Notes under the pieces: model-generated
What the model was told of the DNA's origin: nothing
The model's input: only the letters and a program-made list of their open reading frames with translations
Database searches by the model: none
Origin: Octopus bimaculoides
Taxonomy: Eukaryota
Reading direction: 5' to 3'
NCBI RefSeq assembly: GCF_001194135.2
Contig: NC_068982.1
Location: forward strand, 127,460,275 to 127,504,945
DNA length: 44,671 nt
Program-made: the position numbers and the translations under genes
Shown here: positions 1-12,591 of the stretch, piece after piece
How positions within the stretch are numbered: position 1 is the stretch's first letter
How the letters are laid out: each line of letters starts with the position of its first letter

Positions 1-82
1 ACAAATAATAAATGAGTATATGCATATATACGTACAGGTATGTGCATACCTACGTCTACCTGCATATATAGGTGCATATCTG

Positions 83-118
<36 letters not shown>

Positions 119-910
119 CTAGCTGAATAGCCCATCATTGTCAGGAAATTTTTATAATAGAATGTCTTATAGGAATTTTTTTTTTATTTCATGTCAGAGC
201 ACGCCTTCCCCTACAAATAGTCCTCTTGATTAGGAAAGATTTGTGCAATTTTTTTACTAAACAATTTCGTTGAGGATTTTTTCTTTTTGAAATTATTTAC
301 ATGTCTGTTCAAACGTTTCACATGACTTTATTCATTAAAACTTCAGAAGTTATTACAACTATGGTCGTAGTAATGCTTTCCTTTCGTTTGTTTAGTAAAA
401 ATTCCTCATCCTAATGATTTTGCTTTCATTTCGTGATAGACAGCTATCATGCAGAAAATTCCAGCTTCCAAATCCTGTTTCCTAATTAGGTAAAATTGAT
501 TTAACTTTAAACCTCAGTAACACTGTTCTGCAGTTTTTCTGGAACAAATAAATAACAAAATCGGATTTGACGTGGAAAATTATTTAAATATACCAAATTT
601 GAAAATTTTGATGTAATTTTAAAATCTCACAATATGTGACAGCAACAGGGAAGACCCTACAAAATAAGAGAGACAGACAGTTATCCCTCATGCGATTATC
701 CATATTTTAAAACTTGTTATTAAAACAATAAATCTCCAAAATGATTCAGAGTGTTTCAATTGAAAAACATATATGAATGTATTAGACAGCTTTTGTTTAA
801 AAGGTGAAAATATTTCTGAAATAGTCACCTAATATGTAAGGACACAGTATATAGGATACAGTAATTAATTATATTGTAGGTAAGTAAAACTATTCTGCCA
901 GCGTGCCTAA

Positions 911-941
<31 letters not shown>

Positions 942-944
942 AAT

Positions 945-1149
945 GGTTTCAAATTTTGGCACAACGCCAGCAAGTTTAGAGGCGGGTTTATGTCGATTAT
1001 CTCAACCGCAGTGTTCAACTGGTACTTTATTTTATTGACCCCTAAAGAATGAAAGGCAAAGTTGACCTCAGCAGAATTTGAATGTAAAGATGGATGAAAT
1101 GCTAAGCATTTTGCCCAGCATGCTTATGATTTTACCAGCTTGCCACCTT
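945..1149 (-). mobile_element. tRNA-derived SINE, family A, near full length, flanked by (TAA)n
   Basis: Minus strand has a tRNA-like head (AAGGTGGCAAGCTGG, B-box-like TTCAAATTC) and ends CCAAAATTTGAAACC. Homologous copies occur at 3710, 15498, 24551, 25220, 39641 and 40862. Confidence 0.85.
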
Positions 1150-1168
1150 AATAATAATAACAATGATG

Positions 1169-1201
<33 letters not shown>

Positions 1202-1218
1202 GTAATAGTAATAATATA

Positions 1219-1376
1219 CAGCTTCTAACGCTGGAGATGTACTACAGTGTCCGCTGTTCACTACAAGTGAACTAAGGTAACACTTCTTAGAAGGTGCTCA
1301 AAAAATAAGAGATGTTACCTTAGTTCACTGGTACTGAACAGCTGACGCTGTAGTACATCTCCAGCATTAGAAGCTG
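1219..1376. mobile_element. Hairpin MITE with 64-bp terminal inverted repeats (Tc1/mariner-like ends)
   Basis: Arms 1219-1282 and 1313-1376 are reverse complements at 59 of 64 positions around a 30-nt spacer. Termini are CAG...CTG, with TA on the left and TG on the right. Confidence 0.85.
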
Positions 1377-2274
1377 TGCAAAGGCAATGATAACAATGAT
1401 AATGATTATAATGATAATTTAGTTGAAACAAAATTTCCTCAATAAGCATTTGACCACCAATAACCAGAGGTTGTTGATGAGATAAAATAAGTTGTTTCTT
1501 GAATGGCAACATGAAGTAAAAGGTTGCTTTTATCAAATACAGATGTCATTTTGCTGGACAATTTTCATTGTCTTCAGAAAGTCTTTATGAAATATAATGC
1601 TGAACTTTTAAAATAAACTTTATTTTGAAAGATTATTTTAAAAGTTTAATTAAATTATCTTTTATCATATAAACATTTTATCATTATTTTTTTTTAAATA
1701 TCTCCTACTTCACACAAAAGAAACTAGATTGAATGTAGCAAGTCTATTTGAACAGGAAATTATTAAAGTAGACAGAATTATTCTTAAAATGAAATCAATA
1801 ATGTTTCAAAAATTCCATTTAGAGTTATCAAGAATTCCGTTTACAGTTATCTATTATTTGACTCATACTTCAAGAAGTGCAAATTTGAAAGTTTGAAAAT
1901 TTGTTAATGTTTTTGTAATCTAATTATCTGACACAGTATCTCTTTACTTTCTGAAAGACAGCAGACCATTTGTATGATCTACTATCTATTCTCTTCCTAT
2001 AAATTACTGCTTTCAGTTGTTGCTGAAATGTGAAAGGCTACTACTATAATATATAACCTAAAATCAAAAATATTACCTGGGAATCATGGATCTGTATGTA
2101 AATCTTATTTTTAAAATGTTATTTTTAAACTGCTGTATCTAATTATAAGGATTTGATATCAGCTTCTTTAAGGTTGAGCAATATTGTTTATGGAATTTGT
2201 TTATGGAATGCCTGGAAAGAATACAAGCAAGAATGGATGGATGGATATGTGACAGAATAAATTGTGGAACAACC

Positions 2275-3495
2275 ATCATCGTCATCGTCGCCGTCATCAT
2301 CATCATCATCATCATCATCAACAACAACAGCAACAACATTTAACTACCCTTTTCCAATGTTGGCATGAGTTGTGCTGTTTGACAAGACCCAATGAGCCAG
2401 AGGACTGAACCAAGTTTCAATGTCTGCTTTGATATGGTTTCTACAACTGGATGCCCTTCCTAGTGTGTTGGGTGCTTTTCTGTTTTGTTGCTCCAGCATT
2501 AGTGAGGTCACCAAATAATTCACAAGACAAGATCCCTTGAATGACTGGGTCTAAATAAAGAAGGAGGTGAAAATATGATAGAGTGGATGGGTAGGTAAGC
2601 TCGCATGAGTGTGAAAAGAGTGGCAGATGATTAGAGATGGGGGTTGATGTGGACACAGCAAATATCAGCTTGGGGAGAGAAAGAAAGTGAAGGAAATGAG
2701 AGTGAGTTAGGGAGGAGGAGGTAATAAAGGACAGTAACAGGGATACAATAAGATGCGTAGGAGGATAAATGATAACATTTATAGCACTTGAATGAGTAGT
2801 ATTACAGTTAGAAAAATTATGGGGTGGGTGTAAGATGGGTTGTGAGGGGGAGCTTGACAGGACCTTATTTTTCCTGAGATGGATGGGTCTTCTCAAGCAC
2901 TGTAAATTGCCAGTCATCTCAGTCCTTTGTTATCTCTTCCATGAGGCTTTAACATCGTAAGGTAAGTCTTCACTACTTCTTCCCATGTCTTCCTGGAACT
3001 TCTTCTTCCACAAATTCCATCCATGCTTAGTGATTGGCACTTATATATGCAGCCGTCTTCATTCATCCACATTACATGACCACATCAGCTTATCCTTCTT
3101 TCTGGCATACCACATCTGATGCCTCTTATGCTCAACTTTTCTCTTAACACATCTGTATTTTGTTGTAAATACACACTGACGTTGTACATCAAACAAATTA
3201 TGCTAGCTTCGTTTCTTTCTAGTCTTCACATGTCTTCTGCATTTACAGCCTAAGTTTTACAGCCACATAGCATTGTTGTTTATAAATGAACATCATACAA
3301 TTTGCCTTTCACTCTGAGGATTAAGCTTTTTGTCACCAGCAGAGATCATAGCTCTCTGAACTTTCTCCAGCCAGTTCTTATTCTTGCAATTATACCTTCA
3401 GCACATCCATCCTCAACTACTGATTAGGTTTCCTAGGTAACAGAATCTATCTCTCAGGATCTTCCTGAGCATTCCAGAAAATCTATTCCCCATGT
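2275..3495 (-). mobile_element. RTE-clade LINE, 5'-truncated: ORF C-terminus, 3' UTR and (GAT)n tail
   Basis: Manual minus-strand translation gives FCYLGNLIS, IIARIRTGWRKFREL, LRVKGKLYD, RLERNEAS, GHVM, RKTWEEVVK and VLEKT, with stops. A pyrimidine-rich UTR, the GGAAGGGCATCCAG tail and (GAT)n follow. Confidence 0.85.
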
Positions 3496-3709
3496 GCTCT
3501 TAGTCTTTATTGTAGCTACGCATCTGCCTCAAAGTCTACTTTCTCTGTTAGCTTAAGATATGCCTAAATTAATTAGCTGCACACTGACCTAATAAATACC
3601 TGAATTAGAATAATGCAATCTTTGTTCATTTCTCATGTGTAGATTAACTAAAATGTCTTGTTAAAATTGCTTAATTTAATTAAATATTTTCATTGAAGAA
3701 TATCTATTG

Positions 3710-3880
3710 ATTTCTAACTTTGGCACAAGACCATACATTTTGTGGCATGGTCAGAATAGATGATATCAAATACTGTACAGGACTGGTATTCATTTTATCA
3801 GCCCCAGAAGGAAGAAAGACAAATTTGACCTTAGCAGGATTTGAACTCAGAACATAAAATGATGTAGCTAAATACCACAT
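3710..3880 (-). mobile_element. SINE family A, diverged partial copy
   Basis: Aligns by eye to 945-1149 (GGCACAAG...CTGGTA...GACCTTAGCAGGATTTGAACTCAGAAC). Confidence 0.7.
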
Positions 3881-4000
3881 ATTTACTTTACAATATGTTT
3901 TCTCTGAATCTTCCTCTCCAAGTATATTGATATAAAAACAAAAGACATCACTAAATACTGATTGACACTGAATTTTGTTCATCACTTCAAAACCATTCTG

Positions 4001-4225
4001 AGTCTCTTTGATAGCAGCTCATCGAAGACCACCCTTGTTCCTTGATACAAACTTCATGTTTTAAAGTGATCTAAACGAAAAACACTTTCATCAAAATTTA
4101 CTATTGATATTCCAAACACTAGCTTAATAACGACACAGTTATTTTACCAAATTCTTCTCTATTTTTCAAATTATTTGAAACAAAGGCAGTGTATTTCAAC
4201 AGAAATACGGTAACAAAAGGATTAA
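4001..4225. mobile_element. Possible decayed piggyBac-like MITE
   Basis: Right end AAAAGGATTAA resembles a GGG-TTAA terminus and the body resembles an octopus repeat I recall. The left end is degenerate. Confidence 0.35.
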
Positions 4226-5378
4226 ACTAACTCAAGATTCTAAATACATTTTTATTGCTTCCAACTATTTCCATTTTCCCACAGGTTATTCTGTCAAATT
4301 ACTATGTTATTTTTTGTGTTTTCTTATTTCTTTTTGTCTATTTTCCTACTTTGTTCATATAGTTTAGTAATCTATTAATTATCCTTCAAAATAAAGATAA
4401 GCTTATCATTGCTTTAAACCCTAGGTTCAATATTCAAATTTTTTTTTTATTCAGAAAGTAATTGCTATCAATAAATACACTTGCCACATGATACCTCCTC
4501 CTAGTTTTCACAATAGGCCCCTTTCTTCCTGCTTACAATCTGTTTCCCTATTTATTTATTTATTTATTTATTTATTTATTCACTTATTTATTTCTCTATT
4601 TATTATTATTTTTTTTTTTCCCATACAGCTGTCAATACCACATCACTTGTTTGGATAATTGAACATAGCACTTAGGAGTCACACACATGTTACAAGGCTA
4701 AATGCCCTTCTCAAGTGTAGTGGTGGTGGTGGTGGTGGTGGTGATGATGGTGGCAGTGGCAATAGTGCAAGGTGGGTAGACAACTTTACAAGGGATATTT
4801 TAACAAAAGACTCCTGGGAAAGCAGTGGCTCAATGCGGTTCTTGATAAAAAAAAAAACAGTTGTATTGAATCCAAGATCAGAAGTTCTTTGTCAGCTTGA
4901 CAGCATTAGCATTATAGTAAGTAAAGCATAGAGTTATGGACCAGCGGGTGTCGACAATATGTAGCATATGCCAATATTCATCAATTTAACTATGAAATTT
5001 AAAATGAATATATTGCTTTAGTTAAATAATGTCCCATCGAGTAACAAGTATTAATAGTTTGATAAATGACTCAGTAAGTTCAAAAAAAAGAAAAAAAGAG
5101 AAAAGAAGAAAAGGTAAAAAACAACTAAAGACATACCACACAAATAAGTAACATCTGGTGTTGAATAAAATGCTTTATGAATTTTTGAGAATGATTTGTC
5201 TCATTGTAATACATTAACAAATTTTATAGCATTTTATCCTGTCTTTATGTTTGTGTCTTGTTTTTATGAAACAGCTTTTTGGGTTTTTTTTCTTTTCCAT
5301 GATCTGCATTAGCATTGTTTAAACGTTTCATATACCATAATATTCTGTCATTAATTCATCATTATAATTATCAGAGAT

Positions 5379-5398
5379 CCTCTTCCTTCTCCTCTTCC

Positions 5399-5430
<32 letters not shown>

Positions 5431-5540
5431 TTCCTCCTCTTCCTCTTCTTCCTCCTCCTCTTCCTCTTCTTCCTCCTCCTCCTCCTCTTCCGCCTCCTCC
5501 TCCTCCTCTTCCTCCTCCTCACCACCACCACCACCACCAA

Positions 5541-5593
<53 letters not shown>

Positions 5594-5600
5594 CCAACAT
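5379..5600. repeat. Compound microsatellite (CCT/CTT)n-(CCA)n-(CAT)n
   Basis: Directly visible. It produces the spurious poly-Ser and poly-Arg/Met ORFs. Confidence 0.97.
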
Positions 5601-5887
5601 CCCTATTTTAGCAACTAGTTTTCTTTGCTTGCATGAAGCAAATAGAATTTCTTTGTTGAGAAAGATTTTCTATGGCTAGGTGTCCTTCATGTTGTTAACC
5701 CTCACTTGATTCCAAACAAACTAATACTTCTCCATGATTGGACATGTTTGCATGAAATATGCAAATGAATGACACTGCTTGTATGAGAGTGGTACTCATT
5801 TACAACTATTGCACAATGTCAACACAAAGAAGCACAAAAATACACACACATACACACACACACAAACACACACACACACACACACAC

Positions 5888-7148
5888 AGAAGGTGCACAC
5901 CAGAAGTTTTGAGACTTTTGAGGAAAGATCTATTAATTTCAAAGAAATACAAAGCTCTAATCTCCTTCAAAGCAGGATCTTCTGGCTGCAATTCACTTGC
6001 TGCAGCCTGGTAGCTACCTCGCAAGGACCCCATCAAAGACCAGGACCCTTATCACTGCTTTCTTCATCTTCTTGACGTCTTCAAAATGACTGCTTCAGAG
6101 GTTCTTATTCAGCTTAGGTAACAACCAGGGAGAAAGGTTTGGACAGTAGGGAAGATGAGGGACAATTTTGGTGCCCATCTCTGTCAAGTAGCTGGCACCA
6201 GGATGAGATTGTGGAATGATGCACAGTCGTGGTGCTGTCAACCCATTTGAAAGAGCAGGGGGCTTTTGCAATGAAATCTGTCTCTAAACTTCCTCAAAAC
6301 CTCTATAAAGCACTCTCAGTTGATCGTCTGGCCAGAGAGAACCCAACGGATGTAGGTGATACCCTTGCTGTCATAAAAGAGTACCATAAATAGCTTCCCA
6401 ATTGACTTGTTTTCCTGGCATTCTTCGGCCTTGGGGAACCAGAATGTTTCCATTGGCTACTTTGTCACTTGATCCCTGGATCATGACTGTGTTTCCAGCT
6501 TTTATCACAGTCCATCAGGAACTCAAGCACTCTACGTAATGAATTCAGCCATCACTTGGCTGTCACCAACATGTCTTCCTTCTGTTCATCACTGAACACC
6601 CTGGGAACAAACTTTGTATAAATTTGTGCATGTTCAGATCTTTATGAATAATTCTGTGCACAATTCCCGCATCAACCACAAACTGTATGCTTATTATCTT
6701 TGTAGACACACAATGGTTTCTATCCTGAAAATTGTGAATTTCCTCAACTAGTTCTGATGTCTTTCTCCCTTCCAAACCTCACATCATCTCCCATCTCTTT
6801 GCTACCATCTTTGAACCTGCTGTGCTGGTGAAAAACAGATTCTCAGCTCAAGTTAATCCATAAGCAGTCTGAAGCAGTTCATTAGTTTCTGTAGTGTTTT
6901 TATCCAGTTTAGCACAAAATTTCATTGTATAGTGAACTTCCACATTGCCTTCATGTCCCAACAAAATTTTGCAGACATTCAACTGAGACAAGCAGTATTT
7001 AGTAAGGTGTGTCCAAAGTGATGTTATAACTATTTTCTTCAATCTGGAATAAAATGTTGGTAGGTCGGCTAATCAGATATACAGTAATGGTATACTAAAA
7101 CTGCAATAATCTAGGATAATCTCATAACTTTTAGAAGATGCAGTCATA
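5888..7148 (-). mobile_element. Mariner DNA transposon, near full length, inactivated
   Basis: About 1.26 kb. TIR remnants are AAGTTTTGAGA (left) and TCTCATAACTT (right). The internal transposase relic is listed separately. Confidence 0.85.
5957..6954 (-). pseudogene. Mariner transposase relic with multiple stops and frameshifts
   Basis: Minus-strand pieces include MKFCAKLDKNTTETNELLQTAYG, KFVPRVFSDEQKE, SSQWKHSGSPRPK, YLTEMGTKIVPHLPYCPNL and the terminus CFEGD*. Confidence 0.85.
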
Positions 7149-7225
7149 CTGCATGTATACACACACACACAAACACACACACAAACACACACACACACAC
7201 ACACACATTAATATATATATACACA

Positions 7226-7298
7226 TACACGAGGGGTTCCTCAAAGTTCCTGGCTTTGGGCAAAAGAAGGTACGGGAAGATCAGTTAATTATGATTTT
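7226..7298 (+). mobile_element. Probable terminal sequence of another mariner-family element running into the gap
   Basis: TA-CACGAGGGGTTCCTCAAAGTTCCTGG resembles the TACGAGGG...AAAAGT mariner terminus. Only 70 bp are visible. Confidence 0.45.
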
Positions 7299-8137
7299 NN
7301 NNNNNNNNNNNNNNNNNNNNNNNNNNNNNNNNNNNNNNNNNNNNNNNNNNNNNNNNNNNNNNNNNNNNNNNNNNNNNNNNNNNNNNNNNNNNNNNNNNNN
7401 NNNNNNNNNNNNNNNNNNNNNNNNNNNNNNNNNNNNNNNNNNNNNNNNNNNNNNNNNNNNNNNNNNNNNNNNNNNNNNNNNNNNNNNNNNNNNNNNNNNN
7501 NNNNNNNNNNNNNNNNNNNNNNNNNNNNNNNNNNNNNNNNNNNNNNNNNNNNNNNNNNNNNNNNNNNNNNNNNNNNNNNNNNNNNNNNNNNNNNNNNNNN
7601 NNNNNNNNNNNNNNNNNNNNNNNNNNNNNNNNNNNNNNNNNNNNNNNNNNNNNNNNNNNNNNNNNNNNNNNNNNNNNNNNNNNNNNNNNNNNNNNNNNNN
7701 NNNNNNNNNNNNNNNNNNNNNNNNNNNNNNNNNNNNNNNNNNNNNNNNNNNNNNNNNNNNNNNNNNNNNNNNNNNNNNNNNNNNNNNNNNNNNNNNNNNN
7801 NNNNNNNNNNNNNNNNNNNNNNNNNNNNNNNNNNNNNNNNNNNNNNNNNNNNNNNNNNNNNNNNNNNNNNNNNNNNNNNNNNNNNNNNNNNNNNNNNNNN
7901 NNNNNNNNNNNNNNNNNNNNNNNNNNNNNNNNNNNNNNNNNNNNNNNNNNNNNNNNNNNNNNNNNNNNNNNNNNNNNNNNNNNNNNNNNNNNNNNNNNNN
8001 NNNNNNNNNNNNNNNNNNNNNNNNNNNNNNNNNNNNNNNNNNNNNNNNNNNNNNNNNNNNNNNNNNNNNNNNNNNNNNNNNNNNNNNNNNNNNNNNNNNN
8101 NNNNNNNNNNNNNNNNNNNNNNNNNNNNNNNNNNNNN

Positions 8138-8138
<1 letters not shown>
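7299..8138. other. Assembly gap
   Basis: Run of N; (TA)n on the right. Confidence 0.99.
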
Positions 8139-8180
<42 letters not shown>

Positions 8181-8187
<7 letters not shown>

Positions 8188-8540
8188 TGCAAAATCATGT
8201 TTGAGTATTGACATTGCCTGATCAAAAGTTCTACACATGTAAAGGCTACAACCAATTACTTTTGTGATAGGTCTTACTTTTTCCAACTGATGCCTGTGCA
8301 TGATGGGTTTTTTTATAGTAGGGAAAGGGCATGCACAAATCCAGTCCCACTCTCTGAACATGGACAGCATAAACTCAAAAAGAAGAGCTAGTCTACATTA
8401 CTGAATATTGCCAGTGTCACAGGCTTTCTCTCAGAGTTTCCCTCTCCCAGAGAGATGTTGTGACATCAGAGGGCCCTCCTACTCCCAGTGGGTCAACCGT
8501 GTGCCTGGACACCAGCCCAGGTATTTCCACATCCCCGTGC
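8181..8540. mobile_element. Unclassified interspersed repeat, possibly an internally deleted mariner derivative
   Basis: Begins after TA and contains a segment resembling a mariner 3' end on the minus strand. Based on recall only. Confidence 0.3.
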
Positions 8541-8574
8541 ATACATACATACATACTTATGTACCCATATTGTT

Positions 8575-8765
8575 GGATGGCCACTGACTGCTCATGAGTT
8601 CTTCTGCCCTTTGACAGTCTTATTTTTCATCCTGCAAGGTGTCCAACAATCACCCTCCCTCACCAAACAAGCTTGATGGGGTTGCCAGTTTAGTTGCTGA
8701 TGACCTGACCATGCAACAGGTTGTACTGAGTAACATGTTACCAGCAGAGCAACCTGACATAGAAA
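8575..8765 (-). mobile_element. Unclassified interspersed repeat abutting (TA)n
   Basis: GC-richer block resembling an octopus repeat I recall. It contains the perfect palindrome GTAACATGTTAC. Confidence 0.4.
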
Positions 8766-8789
8766 TATATATATATATATATATATATA

Positions 8790-9513
8790 NNNNNNNNNNN
8801 NNNNNNNNNNNNNNNNNNNNNNNNNNNNNNNNNNNNNNNNNNNNNNNNNNNNNNNNNNNNNNNNNNNNNNNNNNNNNNNNNNNNNNNNNNNNNNNNNNNN
8901 NNNNNNNNNNNNNNNNNNNNNNNNNNNNNNNNNNNNNNNNNNNNNNNNNNNNNNNNNNNNNNNNNNNNNNNNNNNNNNNNNNNNNNNNNNNNNNNNNNNN
9001 NNNNNNNNNNNNNNNNNNNNNNNNNNNNNNNNNNNNNNNNNNNNNNNNNNNNNNNNNNNNNNNNNNNNNNNNNNNNNNNNNNNNNNNNNNNNNNNNNNNN
9101 NNNNNNNNNNNNNNNNNNNNNNNNNNNNNNNNNNNNNNNNNNNNNNNNNNNNNNNNNNNNNNNNNNNNNNNNNNNNNNNNNNNNNNNNNNNNNNNNNNNN
9201 NNNNNNNNNNNNNNNNNNNNNNNNNNNNNNNNNNNNNNNNNNNNNNNNNNNNNNNNNNNNNNNNNNNNNNNNNNNNNNNNNNNNNNNNNNNNNNNNNNNN
9301 NNNNNNNNNNNNNNNNNNNNNNNNNNNNNNNNNNNNNNNNNNNNNNNNNNNNNNNNNNNNNNNNNNNNNNNNNNNNNNNNNNNNNNNNNNNNNNNNNNNN
9401 NNNNNNNNNNNNNNNNNNNNNNNNNNNNNNNNNNNNNNNNNNNNNNNNNNNNNNNNNNNNNNNNNNNNNNNNNNNNNNNNNNNNNNNNNNNNNNNNNNNN
9501 NNNNNNNNNNNNN
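8790..9513. other. Assembly gap
   Basis: Run of N preceded by (TA)n. Confidence 0.99.
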
Positions 9514-10209
9514 TCTACGATTACTACCAGCATCGCCGCCGCCAGTCAACACGACACTACGAACTACAAGATTCGCCACTGACGTCGCCAACATCGTCAA
9601 CACGACTTTCCACGTACACAAGCTACCAAACAGTAACCGCGGCACTTCTCTCTTCGATTCTGTTTGTGCGATTCACCTTCGCCACGATAGACAACAGACA
9701 AGAACCTAGCCTGCGACGAACATCTGTATTCCAGAACCCGGCTCGGCATGGAAGCCCTAACATCACGACGAGTGGTCGCCCTGCCACAAGCGCCTCAACT
9801 TCTTACATACAGACTGTTACTGTTGTGTACTCTAAGAGCTGGCAAATTATTATATGTGTTACTGACTCTTTTTCTATCTGCTGTATCTCACGCATACACA
9901 TACATGTATCACTTACACACTCTTTTACACAACGGCCTGTCTTTTATTATGTTTTCATTATGTCGCATTCACACTCACACACAGACATACATTTTAATGC
10001 TACAATAAATATTACGGTTATTCATCTTTATACGGTTGTGTTCTATCATCTTCCTTACTGGCCCTTTACGAATTCACTATGTTATCGAAGTATAACATAT
10101 GTATATCATTTGATATAATTTTGTGTTCGACCGTGTGACACGTTATAAGAAAGGAACCCTGTTTTTCCATTCGTCACCATTTCTCCTTTTGGGTTCTCAC
10201 GGTCGTTCT

Positions 10210-10213
<4 letters not shown>
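9514..10213 (+). mobile_element. LTR-like segment; 5' end hidden in the gap
   Basis: CpG-rich relative to the flanks, has AATAAA near 10003, and ends ...TTCTTACA directly before (TA)n. No gag/pol sequence is visible. Confidence 0.55.
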
Positions 10214-10264
<51 letters not shown>

Positions 10265-11211
10265 ATGCATATATTAAAGATAAAGAGAGAAAATAGCATG
10301 TTTTTTTCTTTTTTTCAGAGCTGATCACACTAATTTGCAAAAGATAAAGGCATGTATGCATTGCTATGTTAGAAAGAATTAGTCTAGTGAAGGACAAAGG
10401 GCAAGCTCACTGTTCAAAAGTTTCAAATTCCAACAGGACAATGATAGAGATTTGGAGAAGGAGAAAGATAAAGAAAGAATCCTGTTTAACATCCGCTTTT
10501 CCAAACACACACACTCACACACATGTACACACCACGGAACTATGTCATTGAAAAACTAACTCATTAATTACACCCTCATACCTGTACCTTCAATTAAAAA
10601 AATAAGATAGAATATATTTTATGACCCCTAACTCATCAATTTTCTTCTATTGTGACCTACAATGATATAGGAAAATAATTGGTATTTTATTGAGAGAAAT
10701 AAGCTGTTAAAATGTTAAAAATCTAAATAAAAAACAAAGTCTAGAAAACATGGCCAACATTCATGCGTTAGATTCGGTTTATGTTGGGAACATCTATAAC
10801 AATCATTCAACCAAACAGATTAGCTACTAAATTCCTCCAAAAAGAAATATCTATCAATTTAAATTTTGAAAATATCTCTGAGATCTTTCATAGAATAAAT
10901 TAAATATTAGGTGTTGCACTTTGCAACCCTATCAAACAATAACTAAGCAAATAAGATAGATATTTGAGAATAGAAGACTGTAGTGCAAAAAAAAAAAAAA
11001 GAGTTAATCAATAAATAATCAATAGCTGAAGATTCTAACACAGAATTCAACTGAAATTGATTTATCTTTACATTTTAACTTTTATCTTCTGAGAACCTAA
11101 GCATTTGAATTATCTTGTACTTTATCTATAATATAAATGACAGATGTGTGTGTGTTTGTGTGCGTGTGTGTGTGTGTGTGCGTGCGTGCGTGTGTGGTAT
11201 GTGTGTGCCTA

Positions 11212-11370
11212 GGTGCAGGCATGGCTCTGTAGTTAAGAAAATCCCATGTGGTTTGCAGCCATGAAGTTTTTGGGTTCAGTTCCACTTTATGGCAATTTTT
11301 GAGAAAGTATCTTCTACCATAGCCCCAAGCCAACTAATGCCTTCTGAGTAAATTTGGTAGGAAAATTGGA
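11212..11370 (+). mobile_element. tRNA-derived SINE family B, 5' part
   Basis: GGTGCAGGCATGGCTCTGTAG...GGGTTCAGTTCC matches the head of the intact copy at 19657-20067. Confidence 0.75.
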
Positions 11371-11384
11371 TGTGTGCATGTATT

Positions 11385-11678
11385 ATCATCATCATCATCA
11401 TCGTTTACTGCACCAGGCTCCAATCTGATCTGGCAGAGTTTCTACAGCTGGATGCCCTTTCTAACGCCAACTGCTCTGAGAGTGTAGTAGGTGCTTTTAT
11501 GTGCCACCGGCACAAGGGACAGTCAGGTGGTACTAGCAACGGCCATGCTCAAATGGTGTTTTTACGTGTCACCTGCACAGGAGCCTGTCCAGCGGCACTG
11601 GCAACGCCTTTGCTCAAATGTTGTTTTCAATGTACCACTGGCACAAGTGCCAGTAAGGCGACGCTGGTAACAATCATG
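11385..11678 (-). mobile_element. RTE-type 3' UTR/tail copy with 65-bp internal repeats
   Basis: (CAT)n tail, CTGGATGCCCTT motif, and three units at 65-bp spacing (11490, 11555, 11620). Confidence 0.8.
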
Positions 11679-11709
<31 letters not shown>

Positions 11710-12295
11710 CACATTAAGTACAGGACATCACCAACAAGTGAAAAATATGTAAACACATGAGAGAGAAGTACAGGGACAAAATACCAAAAGATGATAACTC
11801 GCTCATCAGTTGTCAACTGTTTTACTACTCTCTGTTTCGTGCTTTTAATGACAAGATTGGAAAACTTCATATGACAACAGCATCCAGAAATTTTAAATAT
11901 ATCATATTTGTGGAAACTTAGGGTTTTGAGCGAATAAACGATAACGGAGTGGACGTACAAAGTAAATAATTGATGAAAATAAACATTAAGGGCCATTAAG
12001 CCAAGATGAATTGTAAGGAGTAATGCCTGGAAGAAATTTTTAAAGGAAATAGAATAAATAGAAGAGAAGAAAATAGTCGAAGAGAAGAAAATAGTCGAAG
12101 AGGAAAAATGTCAGGAGGTGAGAGAAATGTCATCCTATATATATATATATATAAAGTTAACTGACTGAAACTTTGAAGTCACTGTTAATAATATTCTTGT
12201 TTAAAAATTATACATACATACATACATACATACATGCATACATACATACATGCATACATACAAACATATATACACATGTACATACATACATACTT

Positions 12296-12410
12296 CATGC
12301 TGATATGGGCTGGACAGTTTGAAAGGATCTAGTGCATCCAAGGACTACATCATGCTTCAGTGTCTGCTTTGGCATGGTTTCTAAGTCTTGATGCCCTTCC
12401 TAATGCCATG
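12296..12410 (-). mobile_element. Diverged RTE-type tail fragment
   Basis: TGTCTGCTTTGGCATGGTTTCTA...GATGCCCTTCCTAATGCC matches the 2400-2462 tail. Confidence 0.6.
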
Positions 12411-12591
12411 TGTGTGTGTATGTGTATGTGTGTTGCTCTGGGTTACATGTTACTAGTAGCACCCAAGAGCAGCCTGACATATATATACATAAATCCCGAA
12501 AAAATACCAAGAACAAGCACAACAAGAAAAAAACGCGAGGACATGGTACATGCAAAGTATTAGCAGATGCTTAGGGAAGGAAAGGAAGGTA

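Noticed and set aside
2077-2091. 15-nt minus-strand microexon candidate (IHDSQ) between CAG and GTAATA
   Set aside because: The acceptor lacks a pyrimidine tract, and such matches are expected by chance in AT-rich DNA.
7138-9709. Long ORFs of 313-361 aa
   Set aside because: They are runs of X across assembly gaps joined to microsatellite translations. The same applies to 35619-36896, 38368-38690 and 41695-41980.
11780-11900. CTGATGA and GAAAC boxes on the minus strand, suggesting a second hammerhead
   Set aside because: I could not build compatible stems I and II around them. It is at most a decayed Penelope-like terminal repeat.
12061-12101. Tandem duplication of an 18-bp unit (and ATAATATGGGATTAA twice at about 15784-15825)
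   Set aside because: Ordinary short slippage duplications.
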